A stretch of 59,795 nt of DNA, the filler included, from Jimgerdemannia flammicorona (Eukaryota): NCBI GenBank assembly GCA_003990765.1. It is 3 parts of 3 records of this genome, joined end to end, with 100 filler letters (N's around TTAATTAATTAA, not from the genome) between each part and the next. Parts side by side here need not be neighbours in the genome. Positions count along the whole stretch, not along the records: positions 1 to 19,865 come from RBNJ01001822.1; 2 more parts are not named here. The stretch is one strand, 5' to 3'. The notes beneath the pieces were generated by a model. It searched no databases, had not been told where the DNA came from, and was given only the letters and a program-made list of their open reading frames with translations. Positions 1 through 12,429 of the stretch are shown here, in pieces. Both the position numbers and the translations under genes were made by a program. Position 1 is the first letter of the stretch. The number at the start of each line of letters is the position of its first letter.

Positions 1-479
1 AAAAAAAAAAAAAAAAAAAAAAAAAAAGACAACAGGAGATAAACAGCTGCGAACACCATTTCCAAGCAATGGGATATTGTAACCATGGAAGACACCCTGA
101 CTGCCAAGACTGCAGACACCAGAAGATCCACCTCAGTCATGATGTTGCAGTGCACACCTTGAAGAAGGGAGATAACCAAAGCCAGATTCAAAAAAGTCAG
201 ATTTGAAAAAGCCAGACCAAGAAGCCTGAAAAAAGAATCCTCAAGATTTATAATTTGGGAGAAGACATCCTAGCTCTCATCAGACATGCAACCCACCAAG
301 GATAGGCAGAAGATGCCACCAACTTCATGGAAGCCCTTGACCCTATAGGAAAGAGGGGAATCAATTACCTCCAAGACCCCTCTACTAGAGCCAGATGGCC
401 ACACCTCAACCTTAGAGCTTGGAGACTTTCTGCTAGTGGAGCCTCAGCCTTAGGAAAGCCTGAACTCAGCAAGGACATT

Positions 480-886
480 GCTCAGTATGCCCTGCTGCAC
501 CCAAAGGCCAAGCCCCCAACCAAAGCCCACCCAGAGGATATAGGATATGATCTTCACAGCCTGGAAGATGAATCTATCAAGCCTGAAAAAACCTTCATGA
601 TCAGAACTGGATTAGCCATGCAGTCACCTCAAGAAGCTTATATCCAACTGACCTCAAGGTCTGGACTTGCCAGACAGGGGATAACTATAGAAGGAGGAAC
701 CATTGATCCTAGATATATAGACGAAATCAAGGTCATCCTACACAACAGCAGTGCAGAATGGTACTGAATCATTAGAGGACAGAAGATTGCCCAAGCAGTC
801 TTCATAAAGGTCAAGACCCCACAGTTACAGGAAGTTTCTGAATTAACCGAAGGAACAAGACAAGCCAAGGGATTTGGAAGTTCAGA
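480..886 (+). pseudogene. Retroelement-encoded trimeric dUTPase domain with a premature TGA at 765-767
   Basis: All five motifs in one frame when read through the stop: IGYDL, SRSGLA, GTIDPRY, KIAQ, RQAKGFGSSD. Confidence 0.92.
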
Positions 887-1309
887 CAGGAAAGAGGTAT
901 ATCTTCTTCAAGTCAACCACCTCAAGAGGAATGTTCCCCAGCAAGTATACTGGCAACCAGTCAGACTGCACAAGAATCTCATCCTAGAGCCTGGAGAACA
1001 AACTACCTTCGAAATATTTGCACCACCCGACCCCAGGAACCTTTTCTTTGAACCCAAGGAAGACATCCCACACCTGGACATAGAAGGACATACATTCCCT
1101 GACAAAATGAACCCAGTACACTCCCGAGCAACCAACCAAAGTTGGGAGACCATCATCTTGCCGAAAGGAACTATCATAGGACATCTGGTGCCTTTTCTCA
1201 ACCGAACTCATAGGGAAGTTTATGAACTAAATCTATCAGGAAACGGCAAAAGGTCCCAGAAGAAAGGAAAGGCCCCTCTGCGACCCAGGAGACAGTGAAG
1301 CCTTCCACC

Positions 1310-2710
1310 AACATTGGAGAAGAATTGATACCTCAACAATAACAACAACTAGTAGAACTTCTCAATGAATATCAAGATATCTTCACCACCGATTATGGCA
1401 ACCTGCTATACAACCCATCATATCACTACAGTATAAATACGGGAAGTGCAATACCCATCCGGCAGAAACCCTATAGAATACCCCATCACTTGAAAACATT
1501 CGAAAAGGAGCATATCCAAGAACTCTTAGACAATGGAGTCATCCGACCCTCTATCAGCCCCTGGGCCAGTCCTATACTTATTGTACCAAAGAAAGGAGGA
1601 TGGAGACTTTGTGTGGATTACAGAAAACTCAATTCAGTCACTGAAAAAGATGCTTATCCTTTGCTCAGAATCGATGACCTTTTGGACCAGTTACAAGATG
1701 CCAGATACTTCAGCAGTATGGACCTCTTTGCAGGATTCCATGAGATCTCCATGGACCCCAAGGACATTCAAAAGACAGCCTTTCTTGTTCTAGAAAAACT
1801 GTTTAAATATCTCCGAATGCCCTTTGGACTTTGCAATGCACCCCCCACCTTCCAGAGAATGATGAATTCAGTCTATATCCCCTTAATCCACCACTGTCTG
1901 ATTGTATACATAGATGATTCCAACATCTATTCAGTAAATTTCGAAGAACACTTGCACCACCTAGAGGAATTTTTCAAGCTCACCTGCAAGAACCACTTGA
2001 GACTGAATGCAAAGAAATGCTACTTTGGAAAACAGAAACTCGAATTTCTTGGATTCGTGGTCTCAAAAGAAGGAACTCATGCAGACCCAAAGAAAACTGA
2101 GAAGATCAATAATTGGCCAGTACCTAAGACTCTGAAGGAAACACTATCATTCTTGATGCTAGTATCCTACTACAGAAGGTTCATCAAGGATTTTGCCCAA
2201 ATTGCTGCCCCAATCCGAATCCTTCTCAAGAAAGGAATGATATTCAAATGGACAGAATCACAAGAAAAAGCCTTCAGAGAACTCAAAAACCACATGACTA
2301 CAGCACCAATCCTTATGTGCCCCAATCTACAGAAGCCATTCATCTTATATACAGATGCTTCCAAAGATGGTCTGGGAGCAGTTCTAGCCCAAGAAGGACC
2401 CAACCAACAGCACTATGTGATAGCTTATGCAAGCAGAGCTACCAATCAGCAGCAGACGAACTATGGTAGCACCAAACTGGAATGCCTTGCAGTCATATGG
2501 GCAGTCACCCTGTTTAAGCACTACCTCATCAGAAAAAGATTCACCCTGATCACAGACCATGTAGCCCTCAAATGGCTATTCAACTGCAAGGAATCTACTG
2601 GAATCCTAGCCCACTGGATCCTTATCCTTCAGGATTACAAAATCACCATCATTCACAAAGCAGGGAAAGCTTACAACAATGTTGATGTACTTTCCCGCCA
2701 GCCTCAATGA
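1310..2710 (+). pseudogene. Ty3/Gypsy reverse transcriptase and RNase H
   Basis: PIRQKPYR, SPWASP, LCVDYRKLN, MPFGLCNAP, YIDD, YTDAS, LECLAVIWA, TDHVAL, DVLSR. Frameshifted relative to the dUTPase frame near 1300. Confidence 0.95.
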
Positions 2711-3774
2711 ACCAGAAGAAGGGTGTCCTGAGGAACTACACCCTAAAGGAAGCTCCTCAGACTATCAAAGCACAAGAAGATCTCATCTGAAAAGAATATC
2801 AGAAAGCCCACTAAGGACAGACAAGCATAGAAGAAAGAATTCGAAAACAATATCAACATTGGCCCCACCTCAGAACTCAAGTCTGGGACATCATACAGAA
2901 ATGTGATATCTGCCAGGAGTACCAAGGAAAGAAGAACTATCAAGCCTCTCTGCAACCGATTCTCCCACCCACTCACATCTTTCAAAGATGGGGAGTAGAT
3001 GTAATTGGACCTCTATCAGTTACACTAAGAAAAAACAAATATATTCTTGTATTTGTAGAACACCTGACCAAGTGGCCCGAGGCTTTCCCAATGGAAATCG
3101 CAGATGCCTTAACCATTGTAGGCCTCCTCCATAGACTCACACTCAGATATGGACCTCCTGAGGAACTCATTTCTGACCGAGGCACAGAATTCATCAATAA
3201 CATAATCACAAGTTATGCCTGAATTCACAAGATCCACCTCAAAAGGACCACATCATACCACCCCCAGACCAATGGCATGACAGAAAGAATGAATCAGACC
3301 ATCAAGAAAGGACTTGCCCAAGTCAATCCTATTAATTGGGACCTCTGCTTACCTGAAATCCTATGGGAAATTCGAAATACCCCTGCCATATCCACCAAAC
3401 AAAAGCCATTTGAAATGATGTTTGCCAAGAAAACCAGAACTGCTGATCATGAGAATCTCGGAGACCTCCTCAAGAAGGCAGAACAGTTATGAAATCAAGC
3501 CCAAGGACAGATTATCAAAGCCCAGGAAAGACAAAAGAAGTATTATAACCAAAAACAGAAGGATCAGGAGATTAAGATTGGAGATCAAGTCCTAGTTTGG
3601 AGAAGCATGATTGAGACAAACTTTGCTGCCAAACTGAAACCGAAATGGGAAGGACCTTATCTTGTACACAATATCAGAGGAACCAGCATCTATTTAAGAA
3701 ACATGGATGGATGAACCCTGAGAACACCAGTACACATCAATCACCTCAAACTATATTTCCCCTCTACACTATGA
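2707..3774 (+). pseudogene. Ty3/Gypsy integrase (HHCC, DDE, GPY/F) in its own ATG-initiated frame
   Basis: Manual translation from ATG 2707: (Y)QKAH..CDIC, WGVDVIGP, ISDRGTEF, YHPQTNGMTER, KWEGPY. Several C>T-type stops. Confidence 0.9.
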
Positions 3775-4286
3775 GCCAAAGGATTGATCAGCGCCTCCAG
3801 ACATTGGTCCTCAGCTCCTTCCAAGCCCTACCTGTCCCTCTACCTCAATTCGGCCAAGCCAATGGAAGCCTCCTTCAAAGGATCCAAGTTCATCAAGAAA
3901 ATCTCACCTTGGCCAGATGCCTACTACAAGTTCACCAACTGTAGGCCTATTATGCAATTGGTGAACAATTGCAGAACCTCCCAGCCCCAGAACAGACCTA
4001 CATCAGAAACACTACAGGTCTGACCAGAAGAGATACTACTGCTGCAGACAGACTATACACTATTTACAAATGAAATATCACAGCCCTGACATAGGCACAA
4101 TTCTCCCTGAATGACATCTAAGGAATGAACTCTGTTACCTACCTGAGCATTATCAACTCTGTTGAAATCCTCTTCCCTGAAGAAGAAGAAGAGTTCCTAG
4201 AATGGAGTAATCCTAGTATAGACAATGAAGATGATGGAACAGGTATAGATGCAGAAGCAGCCTATGCTTATTGGGATGATGACTGA
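3771..4286 (+). pseudogene. Additional ~171-aa ORF of unknown function between integrase and PPT
   Basis: ATG overlaps the integrase stop (ATGA). Reads MSQRIDQRLQTLV...YYAIGEQL...AADRLYTIYK...acidic tail, with four internal stops all revertible to Gln/Arg. Confidence 0.6.
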
Positions 4287-4325
4287 AGAATAGTCTGAGA
4301 CAGACTACCCTTCAGTGGGGGCTGA

Positions 4326-5692
4326 TGTGACAAACCAAAAATGTCCCACCCAAATTATATCTTAACCAGATGATGCAAACAAGATGACATGAACACATAA
4401 CTTAGTAACCAGCAACCATTGCTGTGGAAAACTGTATAAATAGCCAGAGATACCAGAAGGGATCTGTTTACCTGTACAGACTCTGTATACCATACAGACT
4501 CTGTATACTGTACAGGTCCCGTACACCGTACAGACTCTGTACATCTGCCATAAGTAACAGATCTATAGTTAGCCACATAGTAACCAGATAGCAACCAACT
4601 TGTATAAATTACCCCAGAGACAAGAGTGAATAAAACCTCAGTCCGAATTGAAGTGCAAACCAAAGAAGCCTCTAAAGATTGAGCAATTGGTCCCCTTATT
4701 CCCACTCTGGTCCACTTTCTGATACAAAGCCTGAAGATTTGCCGCCTAAGTTCAAGGAGAACTTCGCCGCCTTTTGAAGAGAAACCCGCTGCTTAAGAAA
4801 TAAGCTGCGCTACATTTTTGGTTCACTTGTCAGATAAGCCTGAAGATTCCACCTTTCTGCTACCTAAGAGAAAGCCACCTTGCTTAAGCTAGTTTCTGAT
4901 GCAACTTCACAGTGATTCATCACACAAACAAAGCCAGTCTTTGACGTAACTTTGTCAAGAGACCCTTTCCCAAAGAACGCCGCCAGTTTTATCCGCCATA
5001 TTCCCAGTTGAAGCCACTGATTTAGAAGAATCTGCACCATTGTATTCCCAGTTAAAGCCGCCGATTCAGGAAGAATCCGCGTCATCTGCTGTTTTCGAGT
5101 TATCCACCACATTCCCAGAAGAACCCTGCCGATTTAGAAAGAATCCATACCATTCGAGTTAATTCCCAGTTAAGCCACCATTTTCAAGAAGCTCACCAAA
5201 CCTGCATCATCTGCCATTTTCGAGTTATCTGCATTCCCAGAAGAGCCATCTGAGTTGTTCGTCATTTCCAGTGAGCCCGGTATAGAAGAATCCATGCCAT
5301 ACAATTCCCAGAGAGCCGAATCGAGTCATCCGCCAGAAACCGCATACTTTTGGGGATCGTTGCACTACATAAGATCATTATGCAGAGATCGCCCGCTACC
5401 CAAGAAAGAGAACCGCTAAATTGCCAGACCGTCACGTACAAGGAGATCATCACACTACACAGAAATTATGTCATTCCCAGTTGACCCAAGAAGGAAAAGA
5501 CATACAAATTGCCGCTACACTCAGAGAACTGTCCCAATAAGGAAACCACTCACACAGTATCCAGATCTTGACTATTATACTGCTAAACACCAAGAATATT
5601 TTATTGCTTTTAAACAAAATAACTGGGGGCTCAAGCCAAACTACATCAACTCCCAACCTTGTAATTTGCCTCCATTGAGCTGGCACGTTATA
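4326..5692 (+). repeat. 3' LTR (~1.37 kb) with internal tandem repeats
   Basis: Starts TGTGACA after the PPT; probable end CGTTATA (mutated GTTACA) at the switch to AT-rich DNA. Contains ACAGACTCTGTA repeats (4477-4545) and TTCCCAGTTAAGCC..GAAGAATC repeats (5000-5300). Confidence 0.7.
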
Positions 5693-5949
5693 ATACTTAT
5701 ATAAAATTTATAATTATACAGATTGTATAGATGTATAGATCTCATAATTATAAGAGATAATTTATAAGAAAAAAAGTCTTAACTTAGTTATCATATAGTT
5801 TGTAAACTTATATAAATATCTCTAGTATTAAGAGTAAATAAATTTTAGATCAAAATAGTTCAAAATAAAGAGACAAGAGAATTAGTAAGTCTGCAAACAG
5901 ATATACTTCAAACTTACCCACCCCTGTACCTTGAAAACTCTGAGAAGTT

Positions 5950-7100
5950 AAAGAAGATTAGGTATTTAAAAGAAATCTACTATATTTTTAAGATTACATA
6001 TTTACTACATTATAACTTAGTACTTATTGACTAATAATTCAAGATAAATTTCTTAATTTTAAGCTAAATAATAAACAACTACTATTATTCAAACATCTAC
6101 TCAAATCAAATTAAGATATTTAGATAAGATAAATATGAGACTATTAGTATTTAATAAATATATCTCTAATAAGTTAATTATTATCTTTTTTAATAATTTT
6201 GAGCAATATATCACTATAAGAACTCTATCACTAGTATAACAAATAGCTCTTATATTATTCAGCCTCTAAGGTCTTATAAAAGCTATATTTATAGCTATAA
6301 ACTATACTAAAAATGATAATAGTTCTATATTGATAATATAGAAAGCCTGGTTGCAAACAATTTACTATATAAATAAAATCAAGCAAACTCTGAAGAATCA
6401 ACTTAATATAATCTGCTAAAGATAAATAAAGACTCAAATATCTTTTATATCTGAATCTACTATCAGATAATTCTAGTAAATTATTCTAAGATCATTAGAG
6501 ATCAAGTAGCTAAAGTAATCTTCATAAAAGAAATTTATTCAGAGATAGCTATAGTAATTTGATTATTACTAATAGTTCTGAATTTATTATAGAAGATAAC
6601 TTATATTTAGTAATATTAGATAGCTAGATATCTATAAGATTATAATAGAGAGAGTTACTAAAGTTAGAGTTGAAGTACTTGAGATAATTAGTATAATTCC
6701 TATAACTATAGTTAATTAAAATATACCTCAGTTAGTAGTAGAAAAATAAAGCCCTATAGAGAAACTTACTAAGAAGTTTGCTAAAATAACTATATACTTA
6801 AGAGATATAGTAAAGGAAATTAGAGAAAGAGATTATTATCTAGTTCAGAAGTTTACTACTATTATAGATAAAAAGAGAGAAACCTACTATACTTATAGAA
6901 AAGAAGGCTACTATTTTTATAAATATATGAGCAAGATCAAGTATATATAAGGTCCAGTTAAGCAATACTACTAGAAATTATAAATAAATCAATATTATTA
7001 TCTTTAAAGAAATTAGAGATTTAGAGAAAGAGCAAGAATGAAAAGTATATTTTACTCTAATATCTAAGAAGGATATCTATAAGAAGTTCTATAAAAGACT
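5950..7100 (+). mobile_element. Hypermutated gag-like relic
   Basis: Fossil CX2CX4HX4C knuckle at 6885-6926 in which every Cys/His codon now reads TAC/TAT. Very AT-rich, with almost no CpG. Confidence 0.55.
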
Positions 7101-7359
7101 ACTGAAAAGATGCTCACATTTATTTCAGCTACTACTTGAATTATATAACAAATTCTTAACTTATTTTTTTTTTCAGTTTTCTAAAGAAATGCAATAGTAA
7201 TATATTGTCAACTTTATACTCAAAGGAGTATACTGAGTAAGGTAGCCTTAGCATATTTGACTAGTAGTATGTATATAGGAAGAAATTATAATATAGTGAA
7301 CTTCTCTTTACTATAATTCACATTATAAAAACTTTTGATAATACTTTCAACATAGTTTT

Positions 7360-10300
7360 TGGAGTAAAGAAAATAATAACATAACAATTAATGAGAAATT
7401 AGAGGAGTATGTCTAGATAGGGCAGTCTCAGTGTATTTGACTAGTAGTATATGTATAGGAAGGAGTTATGGCTTAGGAGAGAGTCTATTAGACTTACTGG
7501 CTAGAGGATATAGAAGAGAAAAAAGTAATGCTGGGAGACAGAAGACTGGAAGAGTGAGCTTTACTGACAATGTCAAGGCTGAGTGCTCATCAATAGGTCT
7601 AGAGATCTGACTACAGAGTGATAAGGAGAAGAAGAGGGTTGTAGAGTCTGGTAGAGAGATTCCTGAGAGTAGTAGTGGTAGGGCTGGGGAAGTTGTAGCT
7701 GGAGAGAGTAAAACTGCTAATAGAAGGAAGACTGCTAATCTGGAAAAAAATCCAAATGTGACAGCTAATGATAGAGCTGGACAGAAGCAGGGCATGAGGC
7801 CTGAGGACCTGACTGATAGTATAATGGACCTGGTAGCAGCACTGTTACTTAAGAAATCAGTATCTGAATTTACTGCTATATTGTACTTCTAGGGTCTAGC
7901 AATCATAGCAAGGATAGTTCTGAGGCTACTGGCTTAGAAGTGAAAGAGACTGTCTTGGTGAAGTTCTTAAAGGGTCTGAAGAGGGTTGAGGTGAGATTCA
8001 AGAAAGAAGAGTTGATGTTGAGAATATTAGAGAAAGATGTGATAGTAGGAGAGGTGATGATTTCTATGGCTTAATATTTATACTAGGACCTTAGGGTAGT
8101 ATAGCTGGTGGTGGTAAATGTATCAATAGTAAAGAAGGAGGAGGCCAGGGGGCTGATTGTCAATGTCATCAAAAAGTATAGAGATGTAGTAGATATAGAC
8201 TTCCAGGTCTAGGAGGGTATAGAGTTCAGAACAGGAGATATAGATATCAGAGTGAGGCTAGCAGGCAAAGAGAATACTAGAAAGAGAAGGGATTGACCAG
8301 CAGTACTCAAGTGGAGACCAGTAGAGTACAAGGTCTTGAGAGTTAAGAGGATGCCAGAGGAGAAAGAGGACTTACTGAAGATATTAGAGGACTTGGCCAG
8401 AGCTGTTGAGAAGAGAAGATTAGCCTAGAAGGAGTATGAGGCCAAGATAGTGATAGAGATAGTGAATGGCAAGTAAGTGAGATTGGATAGAACTACCTAA
8501 GAGAGGGTACAGAAAAGGTAGTGTCAGAGGATTTATTAGTAAAGTTGGAAGAGTAGCTAGAGGAGAGAAAAGCTGCTAATAGAGTTGGATCAAGGGCCAG
8601 TACTTGGACAGAGAAGGAAGAAATGATGGCAAAGGTGATCTTGACAGAAAGGAGTGACCCAGTATATAGTGTGGTGATTGAGGATAAGGTAATAGTAGAG
8701 GTGACTCATGTTCAGTATGATGTACCAGTAGAGGGTGGGGGAAATAATAAGCTATAGGATGTGCTAGAGAAGGACTGGGATGAGTTAGTGAGGGTAGATG
8801 CTGATGGTGGTCAAGGGGCTAGAGAGCAGAAGGTGTGCCAAGGAGTGAATGAGATAATAGAAGAGAAAAGATAGTTGTGGAAGATATTGATAAATGTTGC
8901 AGCTAATGAGTTAGATGAGGTAAACTTCAGAGTGATTAGTGAGAGGTACTGGGGAGAGATTCTGTAAGGGGAAGAGATAGTATAGAAGATTTGAGATGAG
9001 CTGATGGTAGGTCTGCTAGAGGTAGAGAAGTATGAAGTAGATGGAGATAGAAAGGCAGAGTTGATGAAAATTGCAAATGACTGTGCTATCTATCTGTAGA
9101 GCCCTAGAAAGGAGTTGGCAAAGTAGTAGATAGTGTTTGAGAAGTACTAGTCTAATATGGAGGCTGTGGTAAGAACTATCAGGAGATCTTAGTAGCTTTA
9201 GATATCCAGCAGAGAGAGACTGAGGAGCTTGAAGTAGAGGGGAACTTGAATATTGCTAGGAATATAGTAAGCATAGAACTATAGGTGACCTTCTCTATAA
9301 TATTTATTCAATATAAATAGTACAACTAGAATTTTATCTTTGAATATCAATGGATTATAGGGTGTGGTGAGATATTGGAATATTTTCTACTGGTTAAAGG
9401 GGCTAGATATAGATCTGTTTCTGTTATAGGATATTAAATATGATGTAGACTTAGATGGGCTGGACTAGATGAGGGAATAGGGTAGAGCAGCTGTTTGGCA
9501 GAGCTAAGTAGGTATTTTGATTAAGAAGAGCAAAGGTGATATTGGGGATATTGGACATTAGGGGGATAGAGTGATGTAGAGAGTATGGTAGAGACCAAGC
9601 TAGAGCTCCTTGACTGTTGAGTCTTATTATTACCCAGCAGAAAGAGGAGAGTGAATGGAGTGGATAAGAGAACTTTAAGATGCAGAAGTACTGATAGAGA
9701 TCAGGATTGACTGTTTGGATAGAGACTTTAATATGATTTGAGCTAGGCTGTTGAATAGAACTAATAGAGAGAAAAAGATGATAGACAGGAGTAGGAGTAT
9801 TGAAGGTTGAGAGGAGATTGAGAGATTGAGCTTATTGGTGGATACAGGGTGACTTGGATAGAGAGATCACAGAATCTATACTTACTGAATAGCAGGGTTG
9901 GGCTTGAGGATTGATTGGATCCTAATTGCAGAGTATTGGAGTGAGGATGTCTAGAGTCCTCTAGAAATAATTTGATATCTATAGTCTGACCATTGGAGTC
10001 TACTTGATTGTGGGAGGTTTAGGAGAAATAAGAAAGAGTCTGGATATTAGTATCTGAATGCCTTATTGCTAAGAAAGCTCTTTTTGTAGAATTTATAGAT
10101 GATGGACATGAGTTCCAGGATTCTTGGTTAGAGGATAAGAGGGCTAGAGATCAGAGATCAGTAGAGACATTTGAAATCAGATACTCAGAGGTTCTAGGGG
10201 GAGACAGGAAAGGTGAGGGGTAATGAGAGAAGAAAGTGACTAAGGTGGGCCTCTTAGAGATTGGAGAAGTTGCTGATGACCTAGGCCAATTTATAGAATA

Positions 10301-11740
10301 ATGAAGAGGAAGAGAATTAGAGGATCCAGTGGGTCTGGCTTAAGGTAGAGGAGCTGAAGGGGATACTGAGACAGGAGGAGAACTTACAGATGAAGAGTAT
10401 GGCAGCCTGATTGAGATGGTAGAGTATAGAGAAGGGGGAGTAGCCCATGAAGTTCTATTGAGGCTTCTTTAAGTGAGGAGAGTGAGGTAAAGGTGGGAGA
10501 AGATATTGAATAAGGCAGGAGAGATAGTAGTTGGAACTCTAGAGATCTTAGATCAGTTGAACTTAAGGTAGAGATATTTATAGAATAAGGAGAAAGACAG
10601 AAAAGAGGTACTAGGCATTGAACAACATCTGGAGGACTGGTATTTAGACCTAGCAGAGAGCCTAGGGGATCTTGGGGCTCTGGTACAGGGGGGAGAGATT
10701 TATAGAGTTTTGGTAACAATAAGTCTTGAGACAGCTCCTGGAGAGGATAAGCTATCTTGAAATTTCTGGAAGAAGATGGTAGAGGTGGAATTGGCTTTAG
10801 AGGAAATAGTGGAAATGTGTGATGAGGTTATCTGATCTGGAGAGTAGATTGGAGAACAGAGACTAGGACTGATAGCTCTGTTGTTTAAGAATAAGAGGAG
10901 ATAGGAGAAGTAGAAAAATTGGAGACTAATTATGCTTTTGGATATAGATTGTAAGCTAGTGATGAAGATACTGGTGGCTAGACTATAAGGAATAGTATAG
11001 CAGATACTGGAGGCTGAATAGAGGGGGGATATTTGATAAGAGATGGAACAGCTTAGATATCTAGAGTTATTAAAAGTACATGGACTGCAGAGATCAATGG
11101 ACAGCTAGTTTTTCTGGACCAGGAGAAGGTATATGACAGAGTCTAAAGAGTTTGGCTGATAGGGGTGTTGAAGTGGATGAGAGTTCCACCAGAGTTTAAA
11201 AGATTGTTGATCAGACTATTGGAGGGAAGTCAGGCAGTGATATTAGTAAATAGGTATAGGGGGGTTTCATTTTCTCTAAGTAGAGGAGTGCTGCAAGGAG
11301 ATCCACTGTCACTGATACTCTATGTTCTCTCTCTGGAGCCTCTGCTGGATAGAATTAGGTATAAGGTGGGAGAGTTAAACATTCTTATAGTAAATTGGAA
11401 GGTGAGAGCCTTTGCTGATGATATGATAGTTGGGCTAGACTCTGTAGAAGACATGGTAGTACTGAAGAGGGCTATAGAATGGTATGAGGGATACTCCAGG
11501 ACTAAGCTGAACTGATACAAATATGAGACCCTAGTGTTAGAAAGAGAAATAGTAAGGAGAGATATAATTGGATCAGTGGTTCCTATAGAAAAGACAGTCT
11601 GTTATCTGAGAATCTACTTCTCAGTATATGGGTCTTTGCTATCTCAAGAATAGTGAGAGCAGTGGTTAATAGAATGAGGAAATACTCTTCTGGAGTGAGG
11701 TGGCCAATATATCTCTCTAGTTGGGAGAGTGATGGTACTA
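7360..11740 (+). mobile_element. L1/Tx1-like LINE copy 1 (ORF1, APE endonuclease from ~9310, RT); degenerate
   Basis: RILSLNINGL, (G)DFNM and SDHW APE motifs; FLDQEKVYD, GVLQGDPLS and FADD RT motifs; ORF1 homologous to the copies at 12470, 49800 and 59000. Confidence 0.88.
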
Positions 11741-11744
11741 GAGA

Positions 11745-12390
11745 AGAGAGAGGAGTAGAAAAACTGGAGGCCAATTATACTTCTGAATATAGATTGCAAA
11801 CTGGTTACAAAGATACTGGTAGTTAGGCTGTAAGGAGTAGCTCAGCAGATTCTGAGAGTAGAGCAGAGAGGATTTGTAAAGAAATATCTGATTAGAGATG
11901 AGATAGTCTGGATATATAATATTATTGAGGGAGCTTATATTACTAAGATAGATGGATGGCTGGTTTTCTTAGACTAGGAGAAGACCTATGACAGAGTCTA
12001 GTATATATGATTAGAAGAGGTGTTAAAGCATATTAGAGTCCCCTCTGAGGTCTAACAGGTCTTAGTCAGTCTGCTGAAAGAGAGTTGAGTAGCAATTATA
12101 GTGAATGAGTATAGGGGGGTTTTGTTCCCTCTGGGTAGAGAAGTGCTGCAGAGGGATCTACTGTTACTAATCCTATATGTATTATGTCTGAAGTCTCTTT
12201 TGGATAAGATATGGTAAAAGGTGGAAAGATTGGATATTCTGGAAGTTAATTAGAAAGTGGGAGCCTTTTGCTAATAATATAGTAGTCAGACTGAGGTTAG
12301 CTGAGGATGTTGTGGTACTGAAAGATACAGTAGAGTAGTATGAGGAGTGCTTAGATACTAAGCTCAACTGATATAAGTGTGAGATTTTGG
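11745..12390 (+). mobile_element. Second LINE RT fragment of the same family
   Basis: Repeats the NWRPI...FLDxEKxYD...QxDxL...FAxx block of 10900-11530. Confidence 0.8.
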
Positions 12391-12429
12391 CATCTCTCTG
12401 ATACCATTTGGATTATATAACCTTTGGAA

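Larger units (their letters stand above)
29..5692 (+). mobile_element. Ty3/Gypsy LTR retrotransposon, 5' end cut by the contig edge: dUTPase, RT, RNase H, integrase, extra ORF, PPT, 3' LTR; degenerate
   Basis: RT>RH>INT order, PPT-like AGTGGGGGCTGA immediately before TGTGACA at 4326, and in-frame stops that are C>T revertible (TGA/TAA/TAG). Confidence 0.93.

Noticed and set aside
480..886. dUTPase as a counter-defence against the C>T hypermutation
   Set aside because: dUTPase cleans the nucleotide pool and cannot prevent deamination of cytosine or 5mC already in DNA; this copy is itself mutated.
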